Origin: Thermoanaerobaculia bacterium
GTDB lineage: Bacteria; Acidobacteriota; Thermoanaerobaculia; UBA5066
Length of the DNA stretch: 64,000 nt
NCBI GenBank assembly: GCA_963719225.1
Contig: CAVRAY010000001.1
Location: 224,001-288,000 of the forward strand
Direction: 5' to 3'
The translations under genes and the position numbers were made by a program. Of the stretch, positions 8,648-17,940 are shown piece by piece. The notes beneath the pieces are model-generated. The model was given only the letters and a program-made list of their open reading frames with translations. It was not told where the DNA came from and did no database searches. Position 1 is the stretch's first letter. Every line of letters begins with the position of its first letter.

Positions 8648-10668
8648 AGGGGTCGGTCGGCATCGTCGCCCGCGCCGCACTCGCGGGAGCGCTCGCGATG
8701 ACGGCCTTCGGAATCGTCGAGATCTGGTTCACGGAGCTCTCCGTTTGGGCTTTTCACCGGGGCGCCTTCGCGCCGCTCGAGCGCCCCTTCGCCGCGGTGC
8801 TCTTCCTCCTCTATCCGCTCCTGGGAGCGCTGGCGGCGTCCTTCGCCGCGGCAGCCGCGGGAGCTGCGGGAGTCGCCCTCCAGGGCCGTGCGCTCGGCGC
8901 GCTCGTCGTCCTCGTCGTCCACTTCGTCTTCCGCCTTCCGGCGTACGCGGGCGGCTCCCAGGTCCTTCTTTTCGGGTTGAACGCCATCCTTTTCGGGACC
9001 TCCCTCGCGGCGACCGTGTTCCCGCGTGCGCCGCGCGCGCTCGATGTCTTCACGGGCCCCTGGACGGTCGCGCTGCTTCTCGGCGCCCCGCCCTGGGTGA
9101 TGACCGAGCTCCTCGCGGAGGCGTCCCGGCCCGTGCGTGCGCTCGGATTCGCGACGACGGTCTGCGCCGTCGCCGGGTCCGCTCTCGCGGCTGCGCGCGT
9201 CAACCCCCGTCCCCGGGTCTTCGCCGGGGCGAGCGCGGCCGCCGTGCTGGTGACGCTCGGCGCCGTCTTCGTCGCCGATTCCGGCGCTCCGCGGCAGGCC
9301 GCGGAGACGGGCGCGGCGGTCCCGCGCGGGCCGAACGTCCTTCTCGTGGTCCTCGACACCGTGCGCGCGGACCACCTCTCGCTCTACGGATATCCGCGCA
9401 AGACGATGCCGCATCTCGAGCGCTTCGCGGCGACGGCAACCGTATACACGCGGGCGATCGCGCCGTCGAACATGACGCTCGCGACGCACGCGTCTCTTTT
9501 CACGGGTCTCGCCGCGAGCGAGCACCGTGCGCATTACGACGCGGGACGCCCGGCCGGGCGGCCGCTCGGTACCTCCATGCCCACGCTCGCCGAGAACTTC
9601 GCGAAGAAGGGCTATGACGTGAGCAGCGTGGCCGGGAACTACGGCTTTCTGGGATCTGGCTTCGGCCTGGACCGCGGCTTTTCCTGGAACGATGCACGGG
9701 CACGGCGGAGCACGCTGGGGGTGATCCCCGCGGTCTCGGTCCGCGGCGCGTTCCGCCGGTTCCTTTGCCGGACGCTCGGGCTGTGGCCCGAGAGCGACAC
9801 GCGCGCCCGCGGCGCGGACGAGATCACAGATCTCGCCATCGGCCGGATCGACCGCGCGAAGACCCTCGGCAGCCCGTACTTCCTCTTCGTGAACTACTTC
9901 GACGCGCACGAACGCGTCCTCGTCCCTCCTCCGTGGGCCGGATCCTTCTCCTCGCGAGACGCGCGTCCGACTGGGCCGCTCTTCGAGGCGCGGCTCCGCG
10001 AGATGAACGCCACCGGCCGCGTCTCGATCGATTCCCGAGACCGCGAAGATCTCGTCGCCCGATACGACGAGACCCTCGCTTACCTCGACGCGTCGCTCGA
10101 CCGCCTCCTCGCGCACGCGGCCGGGTCGGACGGACAGGCGGATACGCGGATCGTCGTGACCTCGGACCACGGGGAGGCCCTGGGGGGGCATGACGCGATC
10201 GGCCACGGCTCGAGTCTCTATGACGAGCAGGTGCGTGTGCCCCTCGTCGTGCGCCAGCCCCGTCAGGCGAGCGGGCGCGTGATCGGGGAGCCCATCGGGA
10301 TCGCGGGCGTCTACGAATTCCTTTCGGGCGGATCGCCTGAAGTGCGTGTGGAGGACCCCGTCGTGTCCGAGTCCTTCCCTCTCGTCCCGACGCCCGAGAA
10401 GCCCGGCGTGCGTGGCGGTCGCGCGCTCTTCTCGGGGCCGCACGTCTATGTCCGGGGGATCGACGGGCGCGTCGAGCTCTACGACATGCGCGAGGATCCG
10501 GGCGAGTTGCGGGATCTCTCGGCCGTTCCCGACTTTCGAGGCGCCGTGGCTGGCGCATCAACCCGTCTCGACCGCTGGATTGCGGCCCATCCTCCGCAGC
10601 GCGCGCCCGAGACGCGCGAGAGCCGCGAGGACCGGGCGCGGCTTCGCGCGCTGGGATACCTGCGATGA
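8644..10668 (+). CDS. Membrane-anchored sulfatase-like hydrolase/transferase
   Basis: N-terminal TM helices; PNVLLVVLDTVRADHL, TLATHASLFTG, FVNYFDAHE, TSDHGE, C-terminal LRALGYL; ATGA overlap with upstream gene. Confidence 0.85.
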   Translation: MKGSVGIVARAALAGALAMTAFGIVEIWFTELSVWAFHRGAFAPLERPFAAVLFLLYPLLGALAASFAAAAAGAAGVALQGRALGALVVLVVHFVFRLPAYAGGSQVLLFGLNAILFGTSLAATVFPRAPRALDVFTGPWTVALLLGAPPWVMTELLAEASRPVRALGFATTVCAVAGSALAAARVNPRPRVFAGASAAAVLVTLGAVFVADSGAPRQAAETGAAVPRGPNVLLVVLDTVRADHLSLYGYPRKTMPHLERFAATATVYTRAIAPSNMTLATHASLFTGLAASEHRAHYDAGRPAGRPLGTSMPTLAENFAKKGYDVSSVAGNYGFLGSGFGLDRGFSWNDARARRSTLGVIPAVSVRGAFRRFLCRTLGLWPESDTRARGADEITDLAIGRIDRAKTLGSPYFLFVNYFDAHERVLVPPPWAGSFSSRDARPTGPLFEARLREMNATGRVSIDSRDREDLVARYDETLAYLDASLDRLLAHAAGSDGQADTRIVVTSDHGEALGGHDAIGHGSSLYDEQVRVPLVVRQPRQASGRVIGEPIGIAGVYEFLSGGSPEVRVEDPVVSESFPLVPTPEKPGVRGGRALFSGPHVYVRGIDGRVELYDMREDPGELRDLSAVPDFRGAVAGASTRLDRWIAAHPPQRAPETRESREDRARLRALGYLR

Positions 10669-10961
10669 CGGAGCAGCGTGTCCTCGCGCGCGGCGAGGTG
10701 CACGTGAACGAGCGCTTCGGCCCGGACGTCGTCAACCGCGGCGCGCTCCTCTACTCGTGTGAATGGGACGGCGGCGTTTTCGAGTCCGGAGTGATGTGGG
10801 GCGGTCTGTTCAGGTCGGGCCGATTTCTCGGCGGCGCGTTCTGGGGAGGATGGTGGCTCGGCGGCGCGTGGGAAGGCGGCTTCTGGCACAGCGGTTTCGG
10901 GCCTGACGGGCGCTATCTTTCGCGCGACGACGCCCCGGTTCCGCGGAGCGGAAGCGCGTGA
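10665..10961 (+). CDS. Small aromatic-x-G-G-x pentapeptide-repeat protein (copy 1)
   Basis: WDGGV FESGV MWGGL FRSGR FLGGA FWGGW WLGGA WEGGF WHSGF; 4-bp overlaps on both sides; paralog at 12865-13146. Confidence 0.85.
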   Translation: MTEQRVLARGEVHVNERFGPDVVNRGALLYSCEWDGGVFESGVMWGGLFRSGRFLGGAFWGGWWLGGAWEGGFWHSGFGPDGRYLSRDDAPVPRSGSA

Positions 10962-11833
10962 CGAGTGTCCTCACCGTCTTCACGGCTTCGGCGCGGCTCG
11001 ACCTCGCGCGCCTCTGGCTGGCCTGCGTGACACGGGCCTTCCCTCGAGGCGAGGTCGTCGTCGAGATCTTCGACGACTCGAAGGACGGCGTTCTGACGCC
11101 GGGCCTTCTCCCGGACGCCGCCGTCCTTCGTCCCGGTCCCTCGCGTCGCGACTTTCAGGAGGCCTACAACGACGCGCTCCAACGCGCGTCGACTCCGTTC
11201 CTCGTCCTCCTCGACACGGACGCGTTCGCGACCTCGGCCCACGTCTGGCCGGCGGTGCGCGAGCGTTTCGCGGACGAAGGCGTCGCCGCCGTCTCGTGCG
11301 CGCCGCGAACGGCGACGCCGGGACACGACACGGTCGCCCTCGTGCTGAGGGTGTCGGCCTATCGCGCGGCGCTCGCGGACGTGCCCGGCGGCTTTCTTCC
11401 ACGCGCCGACCGGCCGGAGCCCGGCAGCCCCCCGGGGCGCTGGTCCGGCCACGACACGGGAGACCTTCTCACGCGCGCCGTCTGTGAGTCGGGGGGGAAG
11501 CACGAGGTCCTCCATCTCGAGGAGGCCGGTTCCTTCGTGCGTTTCGACGCTCTCACGAACGTGCACCTCCTCGCCATCTGGGCCGGCGCCAATCCGCTCC
11601 TTTCGCTGGTGCGGCGTGACGCCTATTTTCGGGAGGGGTGTCTCGGGAACCTCGCACTCAGGCCGATTTACGAAAGGAGGTTTCCCGAAGGGCCGCCCTT
11701 CGCGTTCGGCCTCTCCCGCGCGATGCTCTGGACGGCGCTCGCGTCCGGCGGCCTCGCCACGCTGCGCGACGGAATGAAGCGGGCACGGCGGATGCGCGCC
11801 GGCGCCCGGCGCGTCGAGGAGTTCCTGCGCTGA
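10958..11833 (+). CDS. Putative GT-A-fold glycosyltransferase-like protein (copy 1)
   Basis: EIFDDS, FLVLLDTDAF (DxD), VAAVS; paralog of 11843-12868. Confidence 0.65.
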   Translation: MTSVLTVFTASARLDLARLWLACVTRAFPRGEVVVEIFDDSKDGVLTPGLLPDAAVLRPGPSRRDFQEAYNDALQRASTPFLVLLDTDAFATSAHVWPAVRERFADEGVAAVSCAPRTATPGHDTVALVLRVSAYRAALADVPGGFLPRADRPEPGSPPGRWSGHDTGDLLTRAVCESGGKHEVLHLEEAGSFVRFDALTNVHLLAIWAGANPLLSLVRRDAYFREGCLGNLALRPIYERRFPEGPPFAFGLSRAMLWTALASGGLATLRDGMKRARRMRAGARRVEEFLR

Positions 11834-11842
11834 AGAAAGGCG

Positions 11843-12868
11843 TCAGTCGCGGCGGCCGAAGAGGCGCCGCGCCGCGGCCCATGCGTGCGCTTCGAGGATG
11901 CGTCGCGGCGGGAGGACGCGCGGAATGCGCAGGGCGCCCGGCGTGAGCCCCTCCTGGGCGGCGAGCCGGGCGAGCGCGCGGTCGGACCTCTCGAAAGTGG
12001 CGACGAGGCGGGCGAGGAGCGTCCGGTCGCGGATCGTCGCGAACGCCGCGCGCAGCACCTCGGGAGTCGCGCTTCCCGAAAGGTGCGTGTCGCTGTACGG
12101 GGCCGAAAAGAGCGCGGGTTGACGGGCCGCCGCAAACGGCGCGCCGAAGACCTTTCGATAGAGGGATCCGAGAAGGAGATTGTCGTACGCCCCCATCGCG
12201 AAGTACGGCTTCTCGGCGAAGAGCTGGTCGAAGCGCGGTCCGAGGAGGTCGCCGAAGACCTCGCGCGAGGCGCGCACGACGGTCGTGCCGTGAAAGTCCG
12301 CGAGGCGCGAGGCGGCGACGTCGGGCGCCACCTCGACGATCACCTTGCCGCGCGCGCGCAAGGCGATCGCCGCGCGGTCCCCCGGCTGACGGTTGATCGC
12401 GTGCGGCCACCGTTCGATCCCTTCGTAGGAGGGCGCGAGGACGGGCGCCGGAAGAGCGCGGTAGGTCTCGCGCCGCGCGAGAAGCGCGAAGACGCCGGGC
12501 TGGTCGGTGCGGCGGACCAGAGAGACTCCCGCGACCGTGGGGTCCTCGAAGTGGCCGAGGAGGGAGGCGACCCAGCCCCCGTCGAGGATGAAGACGTCCG
12601 CGTCGAGAAGAAAGAGAACGTCGCACGGCCGCTCGAGCGCGAGGTCGTAGAAGGCGATGAAGTCGAGAGCCTCGAGAGAGGGCGCGAGGAGCGTCGCTCC
12701 GGGAAAGAACCTCGGCTCGAAGCCCTCGGGCGTCGTGTCGCGGAAGAGAAGGACTTCCACCTGGGCCCCGACGCGTTTCAGCGCGGGAAGGAGGTCCCGC
12801 GCTACGGACCGGAACCAGAGACGGGCGAGATCCGGATACCGGTGCGCGGAGGCGACGACGACCTTCAA
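11843..12868 (-). CDS. Putative GT-A-fold glycosyltransferase-like protein (copy 2)
   Basis: DLARLW, LFLLDADVF (DxD), F.DPTVAGVS; TTG start overlaps the stop of the upstream peptide gene. Confidence 0.65.
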   Translation of the reverse strand: MKVVVASAHRYPDLARLWFRSVARDLLPALKRVGAQVEVLLFRDTTPEGFEPRFFPGATLLAPSLEALDFIAFYDLALERPCDVLFLLDADVFILDGGWVASLLGHFEDPTVAGVSLVRRTDQPGVFALLARRETYRALPAPVLAPSYEGIERWPHAINRQPGDRAAIALRARGKVIVEVAPDVAASRLADFHGTTVVRASREVFGDLLGPRFDQLFAEKPYFAMGAYDNLLLGSLYRKVFGAPFAAARQPALFSAPYSDTHLSGSATPEVLRAAFATIRDRTLLARLVATFERSDRALARLAAQEGLTPGALRIPRVLPPRRILEAHAWAAARRLFGRRD

Positions 12869-13146
12869 GGATGCACGGTGCGGGGGTGGTATTTCCCGTC
12901 GGGACCGAAGCCGTGCTCCCAGTCGCCGCCCTGCCAGTCACCGCCCAGCCACACGCCGCCCCAGAACACGCCGCCTCGAAACGTGCCGGACCGGAAGAGC
13001 CCGCCCAGCATGACGCCCGATTCGAAGACGCCCCCGTCCCACGTGCACTCGAGGAGGACGGCGCCGCGGTTCACCGTCGCGTGGCCGAACGACGTCTTGT
13101 GGTGAAACTCGCCTTCCTGGAGAACGAGAACGGGCGCGTCGGGCAT
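12865..13146 (-). CDS. Small aromatic-x-G-G-x pentapeptide-repeat protein (copy 2)
   Basis: WDGGV FESGV MLGGL FRSGT FRGGV FWGGV WLGGD WQGGD WEHGF GPDG; paralog of 10665-10961. Confidence 0.85.
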   Translation of the reverse strand: MPDAPVLVLQEGEFHHKTSFGHATVNRGAVLLECTWDGGVFESGVMLGGLFRSGTFRGGVFWGGVWLGGDWQGGDWEHGFGPDGKYHPRTVHP

Positions 13147-13147
13147 G

Positions 13148-14227
13148 TCACGCGATGATACGGCGCAGGTCCGGCACGAGGCGGAAAGCCTTCTCTGCGA
13201 TCGACGCGAGCGGTGAGATCACGTGCTTCGTCACGCCTCCGACGGTGAGCGCCTCCGCGGGAATTCCCGCCGCGTCGAAAACCGCCGCATGCCTCTCGTC
13301 CGCGAGAACCGGACGCCCTTCCACGAGGACGAGCAGGACATCCCGCGGCGCGGCTTCGAGGAGCGGCGCGTCGAGGGCGACGACGTCCGCGCGCGAGCCC
13401 GGCTCGAGGGACGCGGGGGGAAGGAAGAGCCGCCGTCTCGCCGTGGCTCCGACCGCTTCCTCGAGCCGCGCGTCCTCGAGGAAGCCGAGCGCGCGCGCGG
13501 CGCGCAGCTCGTCGAGCAGGGTCCCTTCGCCGCTGACGAGGGCGTCGGTCCCGAGGAGCACGTCGATTCCCGACGTGAAGAGAGCCTGCGGCGCCGTCCT
13601 TCCGTAGAGGAAACCGTTCGAGGTCGGACACCACACGGCGGCGCAGCCGGCGGCCGAGAGCCGGACGACTCCCGCCGGGGAGGCGCCCACGAGATGGACC
13701 GCGACCAGCCGGTCCGAGAGAAGGCCGCGCCGCGCCGCCTCGTCGATCTCGGAAGCCGATCCTTCGTCGGTTCCTTCCGCTAGGTGAAGCGCCCAGGGGC
13801 CCGCGGCGGGAGGAGAGTCGGCATCTTCGAGGGCGTCGACCGCGGGGATGGGCACGACCTTGACGGGGAAGTCCCGGTCGAATTCCGCCTCCCACGGGTC
13901 GTGGTGGACGACCGAGATCGCGCCGCCGAGGATGTTCTTGAGCGCCCCGAAGAGCAACGCGTCCCGTCTGGGCAGCAGTTTCCGGCGCTCGAGATCGTGG
14001 GCGAAGCGCTCGTGGAGATCCGTCCCCCATGCGGCGGCGCTCGCATAGGGCGGCGCGCCGAGCCGCGGGAGGTGATTGCGGTGGAGGTGGTCGTGCGCAT
14101 TCACGAGCCCCGGAAGAAGAACGGCGCCTCCGAGATCGAGCGTGAGGTCGGCGGTACCGCCGGCTGCCCGGAGCCCTCCTTCGGCGACGTCCAACGTCGC
14201 GTTTTTCGCCTCGAGGCGCAACCTCAT
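13148..14227 (-). CDS. Amidohydrolase family protein (metal-dependent)
   Basis: LPGLVNAHDHL, LHLAEG, AVH, CPTSN, LGTD motifs; ATG 14227 overlaps upstream TGA. Confidence 0.85.
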   Translation of the reverse strand: MRLRLEAKNATLDVAEGGLRAAGGTADLTLDLGGAVLLPGLVNAHDHLHRNHLPRLGAPPYASAAAWGTDLHERFAHDLERRKLLPRRDALLFGALKNILGGAISVVHHDPWEAEFDRDFPVKVVPIPAVDALEDADSPPAAGPWALHLAEGTDEGSASEIDEAARRGLLSDRLVAVHLVGASPAGVVRLSAAGCAAVWCPTSNGFLYGRTAPQALFTSGIDVLLGTDALVSGEGTLLDELRAARALGFLEDARLEEAVGATARRRLFLPPASLEPGSRADVVALDAPLLEAAPRDVLLVLVEGRPVLADERHAAVFDAAGIPAEALTVGGVTKHVISPLASIAEKAFRLVPDLRRIIA

Positions 14228-14910
14228 TTCGAGAAGCGCAACGCGAGGAGCAGCGGCAGGCCCAGGTCCGCGGCGTACCGGTCGAGCTTCTTCGCACGCT
14301 CGTAGAAGGGCCGCACCTCCACGCCCACGCCAAGCGAGCCCGCCGCGTCGAAGGTGAGCCCCGCCTCCCGCGCGGCGGCTTCGTGGGCGTCCGCGTCGTG
14401 CACGACGTGCTCGACGACGTGCGCGGCTCCGGAAGCGTCGCGAAAGGCGCGCGCGTGCCCGCGACGGATGGCGTCCGGGTGGAAGTCCGTCAGGACGGCA
14501 TATCCGCCCTTGCGAAGGACGCGCGCGAGCTCGCGGTACAGCGGCGCGATGTTCAGGAGGTGCCCGACCGCGAGCCGGCACCACACCACGTCGAAGCGCT
14601 CGGCGGCGAAAGGCAGGGCCCTGAGGTCGCCGCCGGCGGTCGTGCGCGGCCGCGCGGGATCCCGGCGTCCCGCCGCGAGCATCTCGAAGACCAGGTCCAC
14701 CCCGCAGGCGCTCTTCGGAGTCTGCCCCTTCGGGAAGACGAGCCGGCGCGCCGTGCCGCAGGCCGCGTCGAGAAGGCTCTTCCCCTGAATGTCGTGCGAG
14801 AAGAACCGGACGGCGAGCGAGTCCATCGTCGTCAGGGGGTTTTCCACGTCGTACGTCGCCGCCCACAGCCGATACGCGGACGCCGTCCCGAGCGGAGGCT
14901 CGGCGCTCAC
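14224..14910 (-). CDS. Class I SAM-dependent methyltransferase (BioC-like)
   Basis: AYRLWAATYD, LLDAACGTAR, GVDL, GDLRALPF, FDVV, LARVLRKGG; GTG start overlaps rSAM stop. Confidence 0.85.
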   Translation of the reverse strand: MSAEPPLGTASAYRLWAATYDVENPLTTMDSLAVRFFSHDIQGKSLLDAACGTARRLVFPKGQTPKSACGVDLVFEMLAAGRRDPARPRTTAGGDLRALPFAAERFDVVWCRLAVGHLLNIAPLYRELARVLRKGGYAVLTDFHPDAIRRGHARAFRDASGAAHVVEHVVHDADAHEAAAREAGLTFDAAGSLGVGVEVRPFYERAKKLDRYAADLGLPLLLALRFSK

Positions 14911-16274
14911 GCGGGCGGCCTCAGGTGTCCATAGGCCTGTGAATCCGCAGGCACGAGCCCTCCCTTGAGCCGCCGCGCGAAGTCTTCCACACGATCCTTG
15001 AGAGGACGTGACAGCCACGGCACGCGCGGGTCCTCGTGCGTCATCCAGCCGACCCACTCGGGCGTCGTCCATTCCTCGAGGGTCGCGGGCGTGGTCGAGA
15101 GCGGGTCGACGTTTCCATAGGTCGCGCGGCGTTGGGGAGTCGGCGTGTAGAAATACGTGATGAGCTTCATGTCCGGATTCACGGCTGCCAGCTTCTCGAC
15201 GAACGCGAGAGTGGTCTCGACGTCCCGTCCGGGCTCGTCGGGATCGCCGAACATGAACGAGAACTCGGGAACGATGCCGAAGCGGCGGGACTTCTCCGCG
15301 AGGGCGAGCGTCTGGACGGTCGTGAGGTTCTTCGACATCTTCCTGAGAGTCTCGTCGGAGCCGGACTCGGCGCCGAAGTAGGCCATTGTGAGGCCAGAAC
15401 TCCGGAGAGCTTCCCACGTCCGGTCGGAGAATCGCAGCATCACGTCGATCCGGGCCTCGCACCACCACTTCAGCCCGAGCGGCGTCATCCTCTCGGCGAG
15501 CTCCAGGGCGCGGGACTCCTTGAGAAAGAAATTGTTGTCGTAGAAATGCACGGCGTCCATGCCGTGGCGCTTCACGAGGTACGCGAGGTTCTCCTCGATG
15601 CGCGCGGGCGACTCGAATTTCTGAAGGCTTCCGAGCGCCGCGATGACGCCGCAGAAGTTGCAGGTGTACGGGCAGCCGATCGAGGCCTGGTAAACCCCGT
15701 TTCGTTTCCCGAAAGCAGTCGGCTGGAGGTAGTCGTCGACGTCGATCCGGGTCCACGGCAGGGCCGGGAACGCGTCCGGGCCTTCCCAGGCGCGCTCCGG
15801 GTTGAGCCGCGCCTCGCCTCTCTCCTTCCAGCCGAGGCCCTGGACGGCGGCGGGGTCGAGACGTCCCGCCAGGACATCGAGCAGCTCGACGAGCGTGCGC
15901 TCGCCCTGGCCGCGCACGAGGAAGTCGACGTAAGACGCGCGCAGCACGGGGGCGGGGTAGAGACTCGGGAAATAGCCGCCCCAGACGATCGGGAGCATCG
16001 GGAAGCGCTCCTTGAGCCGTCGCGCGAGCGGCGCGGCCGAGACGAGCTGCGGCCCCGGCATGACGGTCATCGCGACGAGCGACACGGGATCGTCCGTGAG
16101 CGCGCGCATCCCGACGCAGGTCGCGACCGCCGCCTCGAGGTCGGAGTCCGGCGGGTTGCCGTCGAGGATCTCCCACGAGACGCCGGAAGGCAGAGCGGCG
16201 CCGAGCGTGAGGAGAGAGAGCGGGAAGCGCCGGTTTTTCGGGCGCGTGGCGCGGGGGTTGAGGAGGAGGATCAC
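14907..16274 (-). CDS. B12-binding domain radical SAM protein
   Basis: N-terminal cobalamin-binding domain (FPLSLL, VWGGYFPSL, VRGQGE); ASIGCPYTCNFC (CxxxCxxC); GAESGS. Confidence 0.9.
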   Translation of the reverse strand: MILLLNPRATRPKNRRFPLSLLTLGAALPSGVSWEILDGNPPDSDLEAAVATCVGMRALTDDPVSLVAMTVMPGPQLVSAAPLARRLKERFPMLPIVWGGYFPSLYPAPVLRASYVDFLVRGQGERTLVELLDVLAGRLDPAAVQGLGWKERGEARLNPERAWEGPDAFPALPWTRIDVDDYLQPTAFGKRNGVYQASIGCPYTCNFCGVIAALGSLQKFESPARIEENLAYLVKRHGMDAVHFYDNNFFLKESRALELAERMTPLGLKWWCEARIDVMLRFSDRTWEALRSSGLTMAYFGAESGSDETLRKMSKNLTTVQTLALAEKSRRFGIVPEFSFMFGDPDEPGRDVETTLAFVEKLAAVNPDMKLITYFYTPTPQRRATYGNVDPLSTTPATLEEWTTPEWVGWMTHEDPRVPWLSRPLKDRVEDFARRLKGGLVPADSQAYGHLRPPA

Positions 16275-16281
16275 GCGCGCC

Positions 16282-17091
16282 TCACGCTCTCCGCGCCACC
16301 CACAGGTCGAAGCGCGAGGGCTCCCGCCTTCCGAGGAGACGGGCCCTGAATCCCCGGGTTTCGTAGGCGAGCGGATAGCGGACGCGGCTCTTCTCGAACG
16401 ACAGCCCTGCGGGCGCGGCGGCGCGAACGAGGATTTCCGGCGTGAGGTATTCGACCGGCTGAAGCGCGAGAAGATCCGCCGCGAGGTCGCGAAAGATCCG
16501 CTCCGTGTCGCGCTTCTTCTCCTCGGCCATGGCCTCCCCCGACGCGGACCGCGCGTAGAAAGGAGAATCGAGTATAGCCACGCGTCCGCCCGGGACGGAG
16601 GCGCGCGCGGCCTCCCCCAGAACGCTTCCGAGATCCTCGGCGAGGTGCAGAGATGCGTCGAAGACCACGAGGTCGAAGACCGCGTCGGGGAAGGGAAGCG
16701 CGTCGAAGGACCCGGAGACGCGGCCGAACATGCGCGGCAGATGCCGCCGGAACGCCGCGCCCGCGGCGAGACCATCGACGTCGTCGATCCGCAGGTCGAC
16801 GGCGACGCACCGGTGCCCGTCGCGGCCGAGGCGCGCGCACAGCCAGCCGTTTCCCGCGCCGAGGTCGAGAACCGCGAGCGCGCGGCCGCGCTCCTTCGCG
16901 AGCGGCGCGACGACGCGGCTCCTCAAGGCCTCGAACGTGCGGGCACGAACCGCCCACTGGTCGGCGAGGGGGCCCGCGGTCACGTACGGCAACGCGAGGA
17001 GCTCGGCTTCTCCCCCCGCGCCACGGCCTTCCGTGCGCCTCAGTTGCGCGTAGGCGCGGGCCCACCGTCGCCGGGAAGATTCGGCGTTCAT
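16282..17091 (-). CDS. Class I SAM-dependent methyltransferase
   Basis: VLDLGAGNGWL, AVDL, FDALPFPDAVFDLVVF, PGG. Confidence 0.88.
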   Translation of the reverse strand: MNAESSRRRWARAYAQLRRTEGRGAGGEAELLALPYVTAGPLADQWAVRARTFEALRSRVVAPLAKERGRALAVLDLGAGNGWLCARLGRDGHRCVAVDLRIDDVDGLAAGAAFRRHLPRMFGRVSGSFDALPFPDAVFDLVVFDASLHLAEDLGSVLGEAARASVPGGRVAILDSPFYARSASGEAMAEEKKRDTERIFRDLAADLLALQPVEYLTPEILVRAAAPAGLSFEKSRVRYPLAYETRGFRARLLGRREPSRFDLWVARRA

Positions 17092-17936
17092 GCGGGAACC
17101 GCCGTCCTTTCGAAGTCGCAAAGCACGTGGTCGCCGAGCAGCGCCAGCGGCCGCGCCGCCAGGCGGTCGAGGCGCTCGAGCGCGCCGAGGAGGCGCGGGA
17201 AGCGCGACGCGGCGGGCTCTGCCGAGCTCGGCGGCACGAAGATCCCGATGCCGAGCGTCCTCCGGAGGCGGAACCACGGCGCGAAGGAGGAGGCGAGCGT
17301 CCGCGGCGAGGGATAGGTCACGGTGAACGTTTCGCCTCCCACGCGCGCCGGCGCGGGGGAACCTACAAACCTCCGGAACGCCGCGCGCGCCCTGCCCCGC
17401 GCCAGGAGGACGAGGACCTCGCCGGGGCAGCTCGGGCCGAAGAGGACGAGAAGGGCGCGCCGTCCCGTGGGAAGGAGGCGCGCAAGGCCGCGGGCGACGG
17501 AACCATGGTCCGCCACGCAGTTCAAAGACGCGAAGTTCGAGAACGCGCCGTCGAAGATCGTGCCGCTGCGCGCAGCCGCCCACGTATCGAGCTCCTCGAG
17601 CGAAACGCGCTCCGACGTGACGCGTTCGCCGAGAGCCGCAGCGCGGGCTTTCTCCGCGGCGCGTCCCACCATCGCGGGCGCTCCATCCGTGACGAGAACG
17701 CGGCGTCCACGCTCGGCGAGGAAGATCGCGTCCTCGCCGGTGCCGCCTCCGAGCTCGATCAGCGTGGCGCCCACCGGAAAGGCCTCGAGAAGCGCGCCCC
17801 GCACCGCGCGACGCTGGGCCGCGACGCTCCTCCACCCCGAGAACCGCTCGTCGAACGAGGGAGCGAGGGCGTCGAAGGCGCGGACCGCCGGGGAGAGATG
17901 ATGCATCGGCTCTGAAGTGACGTCCCCGAAGCTCAC
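17088..17936 (-). CDS. Class I SAM-dependent methyltransferase
   Basis: AFDALAPSFD, LIELGGGTGEDA, FDGAFSNFASLNCV; start GTG 17936 or ATG 17906. Confidence 0.88.
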   Translation of the reverse strand: MSFGDVTSEPMHHLSPAVRAFDALAPSFDERFSGWRSVAAQRRAVRGALLEAFPVGATLIELGGGTGEDAIFLAERGRRVLVTDGAPAMVGRAAEKARAAALGERVTSERVSLEELDTWAAARSGTIFDGAFSNFASLNCVADHGSVARGLARLLPTGRRALLVLFGPSCPGEVLVLLARGRARAAFRRFVGSPAPARVGGETFTVTYPSPRTLASSFAPWFRLRRTLGIGIFVPPSSAEPAASRFPRLLGALERLDRLAARPLALLGDHVLCDFERTAVPA

Positions 17937-17940
17937 GCGT

